Of a stretch of DNA of 64,000 nucleotides, positions 21,602 to 30,336 are shown piece after piece. Numbering within the stretch: the stretch's first letter is position 1; each line of letters begins with the position of its first letter. The DNA is from Minisyncoccota bacterium (GTDB taxonomy: Bacteria; Patescibacteriota; Microgenomatia; UBA1400; PJMF01). The stretch spans positions 48,604 to 112,603 of the forward strand of contig JAAYYE010000012.1 of NCBI GenBank assembly GCA_012515515.1, written 5' to 3'. The notes beneath the pieces were generated by a model. The model searched no databases. It had not been told where the DNA came from and saw only the letters and a program-made list of their open reading frames with translations. The translations under genes were made by a program, and so were the position numbers.

Positions 21602-22324
21602 ATGAGTAAGTCTTCTTATTTCTTTCAAATTGCTATTGATGGACCAGTGGCTGCTGGCAAAGGAACAGCTTCTCGACTATTAGCCGAAAAAATTAATTTT
21701 TTGTATGTTGATACTGGAGCGATGTATCGCGCTGCTGCTCTCTTAGCAATAGAAAATCATGTAGATTTTAGTCAAGAAGATAAAATTGTTGATTTGATTG
21801 CTAAAAGCGATTTGGAGATGCGCAATCCCGAGGGGAATAAAGAAATGGACGGCCGATTAACGACCTTAATTTTGAATGGCAAAGACGTCTCTTGGGCAAT
21901 TCGTACTACTCAATGTAGTGATGGTGCTTCAAAAGTGGCTACCTTAGCCAAGGTGAGACAGATTTTAGTGGAAAAACAAAAGAAAATTGCCGAAACGACC
22001 AATGTGGTTATGGAAGGACGCGATATTACTTTTAAGGTTTTGCCAGAAGCAGATTTGAAAATATTCTTAACGGCTGATTTAACAATTAGAGCTCAACGTC
22101 GCCATTTACAGTACTTGACCAAAGGCGTTGATAAAACTCTAGAAGAAGTAATTGCCGAGGTTCAAGAACGAGATGAAAGAGATATGAATCGGCAAATTGA
22201 TCCCCTCCACGCTACAGCTGACTCTTGGATTCTAGACTCTAGTCAATTAAATATTGAGGAGGTAGTCGCTTTAATTGCTGATAAAGTTGAGGTAATGATT
22301 AAAGAAAAAGCAAAGCATTCATGA
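21602..22324 (+). CDS. cmk: Cytidylate kinase
   Basis: IAIDGPVAAGKGT P-loop, DTGAMYRA motif. Confidence 0.85.
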   Translation: MSKSSYFFQIAIDGPVAAGKGTASRLLAEKINFLYVDTGAMYRAAALLAIENHVDFSQEDKIVDLIAKSDLEMRNPEGNKEMDGRLTTLILNGKDVSWAIRTTQCSDGASKVATLAKVRQILVEKQKKIAETTNVVMEGRDITFKVLPEADLKIFLTADLTIRAQRRHLQYLTKGVDKTLEEVIAEVQERDERDMNRQIDPLHATADSWILDSSQLNIEEVVALIADKVEVMIKEKAKHS

Positions 22325-22521
22325 AAAAGAATCAGAGCGACGAGCAGCTAGCCTTTAAGCTGCAAAAGGATACCGAAAAAATTGAAAAAGATTATCAAGC
22401 CAAACGTCGTCGACAAAAAAAAGAAAAAAAAGAAAAAGAAGAACTAAGTCAGCAATGGCTGGCTCCAGTCCTATTGTTTGTCAGCATAATAATTGGCTAT
22501 TTGCTCTACACTTTTTTTTAA
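22321..22521 (+). CDS. Small tail-anchored hypothetical protein
   Basis: K/E-rich segment then C-terminal TM; 4-nt overlap with cmk; ORF only. Confidence 0.25.
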   Translation: MKKNQSDEQLAFKLQKDTEKIEKDYQAKRRRQKKEKKEKEELSQQWLAPVLLFVSIIIGYLLYTFF

Positions 22522-22535
22522 ATTAATTTTTTTAA

Positions 22536-25103
22536 TTAAAAAATTTGCCCACCCTGAAACTGAGCTGCCTCAATTGTTTTTTGTTCATTTGCCGCGGCTA
22601 AATCAATAAAATATTGATCGCTGCAAGCTTGCAGTGGTTCAGTACCCGCTACAAAAATTTCTTCTACTACTTTAGGGCAAGCGCTACAAGGTAAAGTCCC
22701 CGTTGTGGCACAAATTTTAACTTTTTTAAGATTGCTGGGCATCGCGAAGCGATGAGGATTTTGCTTATCAAGAAGTAAGAGAAAAATTTTATTCCAAATT
22801 GGCGATGCCCCGGTAATTCCAGAAGCCACATAGCTCATGGGCGTGTTGTCATTGTTGCCTACCCAAGTCGCAACCAAGCGATCCGTAGTATAACCAATTG
22901 TCCAGTTGTCCTTCATGCTGTTGGTGGTGCCTGTTTTAACCGCGACTTCTTGATTGGGAATATTTAACACCGAGTGCAAACCAAAAGCGCTAGCTCGAGC
23001 TTGATTATCAGACAAAATATCAGAGATTGTATAAGCCACGCTGGGGCTTAATTTTAAGGAAGTGTAACAATTAGTTGTAGAAATAGCACAATTATTAGAA
23101 TACAAAGTCTGACCGCCGGCATCTCTAATTTCTAAAAAAGGATTAGCTTCAACTGGATAACCTAAATTGGCAAAAGTGCTAAAGACTTCAACCATGTCGA
23201 TCATTAATACCTCGCCCGCTCCCAGGGTTAAAGATAAACCAAAACGACTAGGATCGGTCCAGGTGCTGATACCTAACTCTCGGCCTTCATTAATTAAATT
23301 TTGCACACCTAGCTCGGCTAACAATTTGACTGCTGGCACATTGTAAGAAGAAGCCAAGGCTTCTCTTAAAGTAATTTTGCCGCGAAATTTTCCGTCATAG
23401 TTGCGTGGCGTGTAGGGACGACTGCCAACTATTTGGTAAGTAATGCTGCTGTCCTCAATTAAATCACTTGGTTTTTTACCCTGCTCAAAAGCTAAGGCAT
23501 AAGTTAAAGGTTTAATGGATGATCCTGGTTGGCGTGGTCGAAGGGTCACATTAACTTGACCATCGTGAGCAAAATCGAAATAGTTCACTCCACCGATCAT
23601 CGCTAAAATTTCACCTGTCTTGGGATTGGTAACCAGGGCTGCTCCATTGCTAATGTGTAAATTCCCCAAAAGATTAATTTCTTCACTGACTATCTTTTGC
23701 ACCTCTTCTTGTAAAGTTAAATCCAAGGTGGTTCTGACTTCTAAACCGCCTTTTGCCACCAAATCTTCTCCATACATTTCAGCCAATAATTTTTTAACAT
23801 ACATCACAAAATGCGGTGCTTTAATATCAATCACATCCTCGCTAAACTGCAGTTTTTCTACTCTAGCTTCGTCTGCTTGTTCTTGACTAATATAGCCATC
23901 TTCAACCATTCTCCTTAAAACGTCTGCTTGTCTAGCTTTGGCTATTTCTGGATTGGGCCCATAGGGCGAATAAGTACTAGGAGCTTGTGGAAGGCCAGCC
24001 AACAAGGCACTCTCAGCTAAACTTAAATCTTTAGCTCTTTTGTTAAAATAGCGCCAAGAAGCTTCCTCAATGCCATATGTAGAACCGCCATAAGGCACTG
24101 TGTTTAAATACATTTCCAGAATTTCATCTTTTTCGTAGGCTCCTTCTACTACTAAAGACAATAACAATTCTCTTAGTTTTCTTTGCAAGGTTCGTTCATT
24201 GCTCAGCAAACGGCTTTTAACTAATTGTTGGGTGATGGTCGATCCACCCTGCACTTTATCACTAGTGACATTTGTAAATAGAGCCCGCAAAATGCCTACA
24301 GGTGAAAAACCAAAATGTTGATAAAAATTTTTATCCTCGATAGCAATCGTGGCATTAATTAAATGTTCAGAAACAGATTTTAGAGGAACCAAAGTCCTGT
24401 TTTCATCCTCGTAAATTCGATAAAGCATTTGTCCATTACGATCTAAAATTCGCGTCGTGAGATTTTGCTGCTGAGTACTTAGATCAGTGGCAGAGGGCAA
24501 ATCTTTAAAAACAAAATCATAAACTCCATAGCTAAATAATAAAAAAAGTAGAGAAAAAATAATTGAAGCAAATAAAGAAAAGTTAATACGCCAGCGTTTA
24601 ACTTTTTTTAGACCAGTTTGAAAATAAGCAATTTCTTTTTTTTGAAAAAGGATTTTTCTTAAACTAGTTAAGTAATTTTTTTTGAAAAATGAAAAACGAG
24701 TCTTCTTTTTTCTTGGTCGACCCACTCTTTTTTTTAGACCGCAAAATCTTAGAAATTTCTGCCAACGAGCTTGATGCTTTTTAAGAAATTGTTTTCGAGA
24801 TTTAGCATTCTTGTTTTTTCGCTGTTGCCAAAAACGTTTAAATTTAACAGTTTTGGCTAATTTTGGTCGGCCAGGACTCTGTTTAATTCCAGTTTTTTTA
24901 GCCAAAATTAAAAAGCCTGCTTTTATTTTTTTTGCGTTTTTTTTAATTTTTTTCTGCTTTTCTTTAATTTTGTCCAGAATAAATCTATAACACTTCACAT
25001 GAAAAGCCAATTGTGGTCGGCCACGTTTTCTTTTTTTTTGCTCTAAGCGATATTTTTTTTGCTTTTCTTGAGAATTTTTCCTGACTGCCATGCTAAAAAG
25101 CAT
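22536..25103 (-). CDS. mrcA: Class A penicillin-binding protein (PBP1A-type transglycosylase/transpeptidase) with about 170-aa lysine-rich cytoplasmic N-terminal extension
   Basis: GT51 motifs ATIAIEDKNFYQH, QGGSTITQQLVK; transpeptidase SxxK (SSIKP), SxN, KTG(T); K/R-rich N-terminus before TM. Confidence 0.85.
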   Translation of the reverse strand: MLFSMAVRKNSQEKQKKYRLEQKKRKRGRPQLAFHVKCYRFILDKIKEKQKKIKKNAKKIKAGFLILAKKTGIKQSPGRPKLAKTVKFKRFWQQRKNKNAKSRKQFLKKHQARWQKFLRFCGLKKRVGRPRKKKTRFSFFKKNYLTSLRKILFQKKEIAYFQTGLKKVKRWRINFSLFASIIFSLLFLLFSYGVYDFVFKDLPSATDLSTQQQNLTTRILDRNGQMLYRIYEDENRTLVPLKSVSEHLINATIAIEDKNFYQHFGFSPVGILRALFTNVTSDKVQGGSTITQQLVKSRLLSNERTLQRKLRELLLSLVVEGAYEKDEILEMYLNTVPYGGSTYGIEEASWRYFNKRAKDLSLAESALLAGLPQAPSTYSPYGPNPEIAKARQADVLRRMVEDGYISQEQADEARVEKLQFSEDVIDIKAPHFVMYVKKLLAEMYGEDLVAKGGLEVRTTLDLTLQEEVQKIVSEEINLLGNLHISNGAALVTNPKTGEILAMIGGVNYFDFAHDGQVNVTLRPRQPGSSIKPLTYALAFEQGKKPSDLIEDSSITYQIVGSRPYTPRNYDGKFRGKITLREALASSYNVPAVKLLAELGVQNLINEGRELGISTWTDPSRFGLSLTLGAGEVLMIDMVEVFSTFANLGYPVEANPFLEIRDAGGQTLYSNNCAISTTNCYTSLKLSPSVAYTISDILSDNQARASAFGLHSVLNIPNQEVAVKTGTTNSMKDNWTIGYTTDRLVATWVGNNDNTPMSYVASGITGASPIWNKIFLLLLDKQNPHRFAMPSNLKKVKICATTGTLPCSACPKVVEEIFVAGTEPLQACSDQYFIDLAAANEQKTIEAAQFQGGQIF

Positions 25104-25131
25104 TTTAACATATCAAGAAGAAAAAAAGCGT

Positions 25132-27309
25132 CTAAATAGGACAAGCGCCAGACTCACATTTCATATGCTCCATGCTAATATCTTCTAGCAAAGCATTTTG
25201 ATCTTCCTGGCTAATCTCATTGATTACTTCCATAAATTGACTAATAGTGACTGCTTCTTCCGGCTGATATTCATAAGCAGTAATATCAATTTTTGGCATC
25301 ACACTACAGGTTTTAATGTGTGGTTGATATTTACGAATCATATTAGAAAATTTACGGTAAGAAACCTTTTCAGGATCATATTTAAGGGTATAAGAAATTT
25401 GGTTGCCTTTATCTTCGCTCAGTGGTTTCCCTGCTTCGTCCACGCCGCGAATCCAATATTTTTCGAGTAGCATTAGCCATTGATATTGCTCTTCTGGCGT
25501 AGCTTCACTGGCAGTGACTAGCTTGCCATTCATGCCCAAGCGACAAATTTCTGGTTGGGTTGGAAAACCGACAGCCGTCGTACCCTGATAACTTTTGAGT
25601 TCTTTAATTGGGTAACCTAATTTTTTATATTTTTTTACCAAGGGATCATCATCTCTAAATTGCACCCAACGAATATATTCGCGCATGGCTGGCAAATGAG
25701 CTCCTTCTGACAAAGCAAATAATTTTGAAGTCGTGCCAGCGGGCTTAATGGTCGTATTGGTATGAGGAGTGACTACGCCCAAAAGTTTGGCATATTTTTC
25801 AGCTTCATCTTCGACAGCCCGCTTAAAACGAGCAATAGTTAACCAAAAATCTTGGCTTTTTTCCTCATCTATTAAATCGTGAAAAGCATAGCCAAAAGCG
25901 TTCCAAGCGTATTCATGTAGTCCAGTCATCCCGACACCAATGCGATTGGTTCTTTGAACCTCTCTGGTATACAAACTATCCATATAAGTATTAACCCTAA
26001 TCAGCGCTCGAGTTGCAACGCGAAAGGCTTCTTCAGCGCTATCGGCATCAGGAGCAAAATAAGGCACCACGTCAGCAATCACACAATAACCTCCCAACAT
26101 ATTCAGTGTAATTTCACCACAAGGATTGGGAATTTGAGTGTAATATTTGGCACTGGCATATTTAGCCACTTCAGCCAACATTTTGAGAGTTTGTTTCATC
26201 GGCTGGAACTTTTTACTACTAGCATATTTCCCATCTAAATAACCATCAAAGCCTTCGTCATTTTGCACCAGACTATGCTGGTTAACAAAACCAGGCTCTC
26301 CCGTTCGATCAAAATAGGCAGAACGCATCACCGCATCTAAGACTTTTTGTGAATGCTTACTATTCTGCTTCCAAAATTTATCGTCAACAGCCACACTATT
26401 ATTAGCAGACCACAAAAAACCACCTTTTTTAATACTGATAAAATCAAAAATATCTGGATCAGTCCAAGTTTTAACTGAAATTCTAGCTGCTCGTCTAGCC
26501 CCTCCCACTAAGACACATTCGGACAAATAATGATCAACATACATGCTTTGTTTCCAGGGCTTAAGACCTGCTCCCTTGACTGTGGCCACACGCTGAATCG
26601 CTTTAATTAAGGGCCTGGGTCCAGAAGCCGGTCGACCCTGCATCCCACCAATCGGCGAACCCTTGGCTCTCACCTTGGAAAAATCTAAGATTAGGAGCTC
26701 ATCTTTATATTTTTTCTCAAAAGTCATTACCTCAATTTTTTCTATTGCTTGAGCCCAACCTTCACGGGTATCTGGCACTTCAAACCAATGAGCCTTACGA
26801 TATTTATGTCGAGCCTCTTTCACACTCTCATCTTCGCCCCAAGCAAAATCAGGATGCTGATCACTCAAAACACAACGAATAAGTGGCATATAATCCCAAT
26901 CAACCACCATCAGCGCATCATCATAAGCGCGACCCACTCCAGAACCATTCAACAATAAATAAAATAATAAAAAGCTTGAAGAAGCGGTGCTACAGTTTGT
27001 AAACACCTCCATATTTCTGCTGGGTTGTTCTGCATCCCCATGTTGTAGGTGCCGCCCGCTTAAAAGCAAAGAAGCATTAGATAAATGCTTTTTTAATAAT
27101 CGATATTCTTGCTGTTGATGTTTTGCCCATTTTTCTTCCTGTGGCAATAATGAGGAATTACCAATAGCAACCCTTTTTGCCACATCTTGCCAAGATTCTA
27201 GCTCGCCATTGGCTTTGGTCCTTAAAATAGTGCGTTTAGCTACTGCTTCACCTAAGCCTTTGGCCAATTGGCGGTTTTGAAATTGCATTTTTTTTCTATA
27301 GGCAGTCAT
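25132..27309 (-). CDS. nrdJ: Class II (adenosylcobalamin-dependent) ribonucleotide reductase, monomeric RTPR-like
   Basis: Active-site NPCGEI, N-terminal similarity to L. leichmannii RTPR (KRT..R....E.W..V.KRV..GN), C-terminal cysteine pair CESGACPI; downstream of nrdR. Confidence 0.75.
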   Translation of the reverse strand: MTAYRKKMQFQNRQLAKGLGEAVAKRTILRTKANGELESWQDVAKRVAIGNSSLLPQEEKWAKHQQQEYRLLKKHLSNASLLLSGRHLQHGDAEQPSRNMEVFTNCSTASSSFLLFYLLLNGSGVGRAYDDALMVVDWDYMPLIRCVLSDQHPDFAWGEDESVKEARHKYRKAHWFEVPDTREGWAQAIEKIEVMTFEKKYKDELLILDFSKVRAKGSPIGGMQGRPASGPRPLIKAIQRVATVKGAGLKPWKQSMYVDHYLSECVLVGGARRAARISVKTWTDPDIFDFISIKKGGFLWSANNSVAVDDKFWKQNSKHSQKVLDAVMRSAYFDRTGEPGFVNQHSLVQNDEGFDGYLDGKYASSKKFQPMKQTLKMLAEVAKYASAKYYTQIPNPCGEITLNMLGGYCVIADVVPYFAPDADSAEEAFRVATRALIRVNTYMDSLYTREVQRTNRIGVGMTGLHEYAWNAFGYAFHDLIDEEKSQDFWLTIARFKRAVEDEAEKYAKLLGVVTPHTNTTIKPAGTTSKLFALSEGAHLPAMREYIRWVQFRDDDPLVKKYKKLGYPIKELKSYQGTTAVGFPTQPEICRLGMNGKLVTASEATPEEQYQWLMLLEKYWIRGVDEAGKPLSEDKGNQISYTLKYDPEKVSYRKFSNMIRKYQPHIKTCSVMPKIDITAYEYQPEEAVTISQFMEVINEISQEDQNALLEDISMEHMKCESGACPI

Positions 27310-27320
27310 ATTTTTTCTTT

Positions 27321-27770
27321 CTATTCTTTGATTTTGGCAATCTCTTCTTCAAAATCAGCTAGATCGCCAAAATCTCGATAAACACTAGCAAATAATAAAT
27401 AAGAAAGAGGGTCTAATTTTTTTAAGCGGTTTAAGACTAAATTACCAATTTCCCAACTCTTTATTTCTTGAACATTTTTTTGTCGAAGCTTAGCCTCCAC
27501 TTCTTCAATGAGTAGTTCAATTTGTAACATGGTAATTGGTCTTTTCCAGGTTGCTTTCAACAAACCACGCTTAATTTTTTCTCGATCAAAATTTTCCCGA
27601 GAACCATCCTTCTTGATTACTTTCAAATCTACACCCTCAACTCTCTCATAGGTTGTGAAACGCTGCTCACAATCTTGGCAAATTCTTCGTCTTCTAATTG
27701 ACTCCCCGTTATCAGCTTCCCGTGAATCAATTACTTCGGTGTTTTTGCTTTTACAAAATGGACAATACAT
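27321..27770 (-). CDS. nrdR: Transcriptional repressor NrdR
   Basis: MYCPFCKSKNTEVIDSR...CQDCEQRFTTYE zinc ribbon plus ATP-cone. Confidence 0.9.
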   Translation of the reverse strand: MYCPFCKSKNTEVIDSREADNGESIRRRRICQDCEQRFTTYERVEGVDLKVIKKDGSRENFDREKIKRGLLKATWKRPITMLQIELLIEEVEAKLRQKNVQEIKSWEIGNLVLNRLKKLDPLSYLLFASVYRDFGDLADFEEEIAKIKE

Positions 27771-27817
27771 TTTTAGATTTTAATATGGTTATATCGCGCT
27801 ATTTTTTAGCGAATTCT

Positions 27818-27900
27818 ACAACATTTTGTGGTTTAAAAGTTTTTGACCACAAAATGTAGTATTTTTAATAACTGGAATAAAAATATCTCACATTTGTGAG
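27818..27900. promoter_or_regulatory. Candidate NrdR boxes and promoter region upstream of nrdR-nrdJ
   Basis: Three CAC-N8-GT(G) palindromes: 27818-27831 ACAACATTTTGTGG, 27847-27860 CCACAAAATGTAGT (inverted copy of the first), 27887-27900 CTCACATTTGTGAG; minus-strand TTGACA -35 at 27905-27910 and TAGAAT -10 near 27812-27817. Confidence 0.4.
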
Positions 27901-27917
27901 TATGCTGTCAATAGCAA

Positions 27918-28469
27918 TTACTGAAGTAACTGATCTCTCAGTAAAGTGGTTTCTTCATGCAATGACTTAAGCACTCGATTATCTGCATCAGTGAAATAAT
28001 TAAGATTTTCTTCGACAACTTCTTGATGCTCATCAAGGGCTTCCAAAACAAAAAAAACTAGCTGTTCAACTGCTGGGTCGTGGGTATTTTCATCATTTAA
28101 GCTTTTGACTTCTTGTAGAGCCTGGTTGTAATATTTTTGAGCCTTAGTAAAAGTGCTGAAAGCTAAAGCGGCCTCCTCCTTCTCTATTAAGCGACTGGCA
28201 TAAAAAACCCGCCGCTTAGCATAAGCGACTAATAAATAAATCCGTCGCTCACGATCTGCCATAGATAAGCGCAGGCGATCAAAAAGCATGAGAACAGGAT
28301 ATAAAGAGTGGTCTGGCAATATCTCTTTTTGCACATAGAATTTTCTGCTTTTAAAGTTTGGTATATCAGTCATTTTTGACTGGGAAAAAACATTGAAAGA
28401 AGTTAACAAGATAAATAGTGATACAGAAATTGCTAAGACAAGTAAGAATGATTTAAAAAATTTAGACAT
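27918..28469 (-). CDS. Hypothetical secreted protein
   Basis: N-terminal signal peptide MSKFFKSFLLVLAISVSLFILLTSFNVFS; helical remainder; last gene of 4-gene minus-strand cassette. Confidence 0.3.
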   Translation of the reverse strand: MSKFFKSFLLVLAISVSLFILLTSFNVFSQSKMTDIPNFKSRKFYVQKEILPDHSLYPVLMLFDRLRLSMADRERRIYLLVAYAKRRVFYASRLIEKEEAALAFSTFTKAQKYYNQALQEVKSLNDENTHDPAVEQLVFFVLEALDEHQEVVEENLNYFTDADNRVLKSLHEETTLLRDQLLQ

Positions 28470-28492
28470 AAATTTTACTAAGTAGACGATGA

Positions 28493-29176
28493 TTAAAAAT
28501 GAACCAGCAAAATCATTCCCCAGATAGCCTGAGTCATTAATAAAGTATAAGCATTGCGCTGAACATAAAAGATTAAAGCTTGGCCAATAGCAAAAGCAAA
28601 TAATAAAATAGCGTGGACATAGGCTGTTTCCAAACTAAAACGTAAAAATAAATTAGGCAGATGGAAGATTAAAAAGATTAAGGCAACCAAGATAATTTGT
28701 GCAACTAGAGGCCATTTCTTGTAACGATCTTCAATCACCAACATAACAAAACTGAAAAAGAATAGGCTTTCAAAAAATCCAGTTAAAGTCGCTAGAAAAA
28801 GCTCCCACCAAAAATCATCAGCTAAGTAAAAAGCTTGTGCTTGAATAGGCCCAGGATTGATGAAAGCTTTGGTAATGAGCAAGGCAAAACCCAATATCCC
28901 GCCAATAATTAAGCCAAGTAATAAGCCTTTTTTTAATTTTTTGTAAGAGAAAGTGTCCATGGTGGCCGAAAAACCAGAAATGCTCAAATAAATTAAAACT
29001 GGTAGTGCAAAAAAAATACTTTTTCCCACTAATTCATCAAAAAAAACAGAGAAAGACGATAGCGCTCGATATAAAACCCAAAGAATAAAAACAACAAGCA
29101 GCAAAGGCCAAAATAATCGATGTTTTTGCTTTTTATTTTGTTGGCGCTTGGTTGTGGTTCTTTTTTTTGATGGCAT
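28493..29176 (-). CDS. Polytopic membrane protein, CPBP/Abi (CAAX protease)-like with degenerate motifs
   Basis: 6-7 TM; FESLFF (degenerate EExxxR), FLIFH (FxxxH), HAILL region; basic N-terminus. Confidence 0.3.
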   Translation of the reverse strand: MPSKKRTTTKRQQNKKQKHRLFWPLLLVVFILWVLYRALSSFSVFFDELVGKSIFFALPVLIYLSISGFSATMDTFSYKKLKKGLLLGLIIGGILGFALLITKAFINPGPIQAQAFYLADDFWWELFLATLTGFFESLFFFSFVMLVIEDRYKKWPLVAQIILVALIFLIFHLPNLFLRFSLETAYVHAILLFAFAIGQALIFYVQRNAYTLLMTQAIWGMILLVHF

Positions 29177-29822
29177 GCAGAGCTAGTTTTAAAGTTTCCT
29201 CTTGGTTGTGAGAATATGTATCGATAACTAAATCGTATATGTCTGGACGCCAAAAATCAAGCTCCGCGTTTGCAGCAACCCTTCCCGTCTCGACTAACCA
29301 ACTTTCCCATTCCTTTTTGTACATTCTTTGCCACTTAATTAAGTTGTCTTGATAGCGCGTTAAGGCATGATTTTTGGCTTCTTCAACACTGATTTTGTCG
29401 CGATTAACAATACGATCAATGCGTACCGCATCATCACTACAGACCATCAATATCTTTAAAGTTGTCGGGATATTTTGAGCCATAAAACCAGACAGCCAAG
29501 ACTCAATAATCCAACCTTCTTCGCCGAGAAGTTTTTCTCTAATTCCCATATCGACCTGACGATCAAAATCATCGCTATAGACCACGGCACTGTGATGAAC
29601 TTTTGATTTGGCATCAAACAAGCCTTTTTCATTGGCATAGGCACGCATGAACTCTCCTCCAGAAAAACCAGTAAAACCGGCGTATTTAAGCTCTTCACTC
29701 AACATTTTGAGCAAAGTAGTTGAGCCACAACCAGGCAAACCAGAAATTGTGACATTTTTGTAGTAAATATTTTTTAAAGATTCTATTGAAGACATATTAA
29801 CTTTCAATCGCTTTGCTTTCAT
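29133..29822 (-). CDS. Cytidylate kinase-like P-loop protein with degenerate Walker A (GLPGCGSTT, Lys replaced)
   Basis: VTISGLPGCGSTTLLKMLSEEL...SGGEFMRAYA parallels Cmk IAIDGPxxSGKGT...TGAMYRA; alternative start MSSIES at 29795 abuts upstream stop by 1 nt. Confidence 0.45.
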   Translation of the reverse strand: MKAKRLKVNMSSIESLKNIYYKNVTISGLPGCGSTTLLKMLSEELKYAGFTGFSGGEFMRAYANEKGLFDAKSKVHHSAVVYSDDFDRQVDMGIREKLLGEEGWIIESWLSGFMAQNIPTTLKILMVCSDDAVRIDRIVNRDKISVEEAKNHALTRYQDNLIKWQRMYKKEWESWLVETGRVAANAELDFWRPDIYDLVIDTYSHNQEETLKLALHAIKKKNHNQAPTK

Positions 29823-30300
29823 TGTGTTTGTTTAATAATTTTACTGTTTCTCGCATGACATTTTGCATTCTATGCAGATAAGCAATGGCCTCGCTTAGGC
29901 TTAAAACTTTCTCACCATTGGGAAAAAAATGAAAAACATGGTTGCGGCAAACCAACCAAGTTTGCCAAATTTCTCTAGCCAACTCTTGATTAAAAATCCG
30001 AGCAATATCATCAAAAAACCACCATTGATCTCGTTGTTTGGGACTGACATCAGGATTTAAGGCCCGACCAATACGAAAGCGCCGGCCATAATAAACCTTG
30101 TGGCTAATTAATTCTAAATCTAATAAAACCTTTTTAAGAAAACCCTCATAAGCCTTGGCCATAGGAAAAACCACAAAAGAGAAATCATTAATATTAGTGT
30201 CATTAACAAATTGCTCGCTTAAATAAAAGCTAGTCTTGACTAAATTTTGCTGCCAAGAATCTAAATATTGAAAACAGGGTTCTTCTTGAAAGGTTTGCAT
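29797..30300 (-). CDS. Hypothetical protein with HepT/DUF86-like HEPN motif (RNHVFHFF = Rx4HxF)
   Basis: Motif CRNHVFHFF at residues 121-128 of 167 resembles HepT RNxxxHEY; no other recognizable domain. Confidence 0.3.
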   Translation of the reverse strand: MQTFQEEPCFQYLDSWQQNLVKTSFYLSEQFVNDTNINDFSFVVFPMAKAYEGFLKKVLLDLELISHKVYYGRRFRIGRALNPDVSPKQRDQWWFFDDIARIFNQELAREIWQTWLVCRNHVFHFFPNGEKVLSLSEAIAYLHRMQNVMRETVKLLNKHNESKAIES

Positions 30301-30336
30301 AATTTACTATTAAAGAAAAGTACATATCGATTATAA

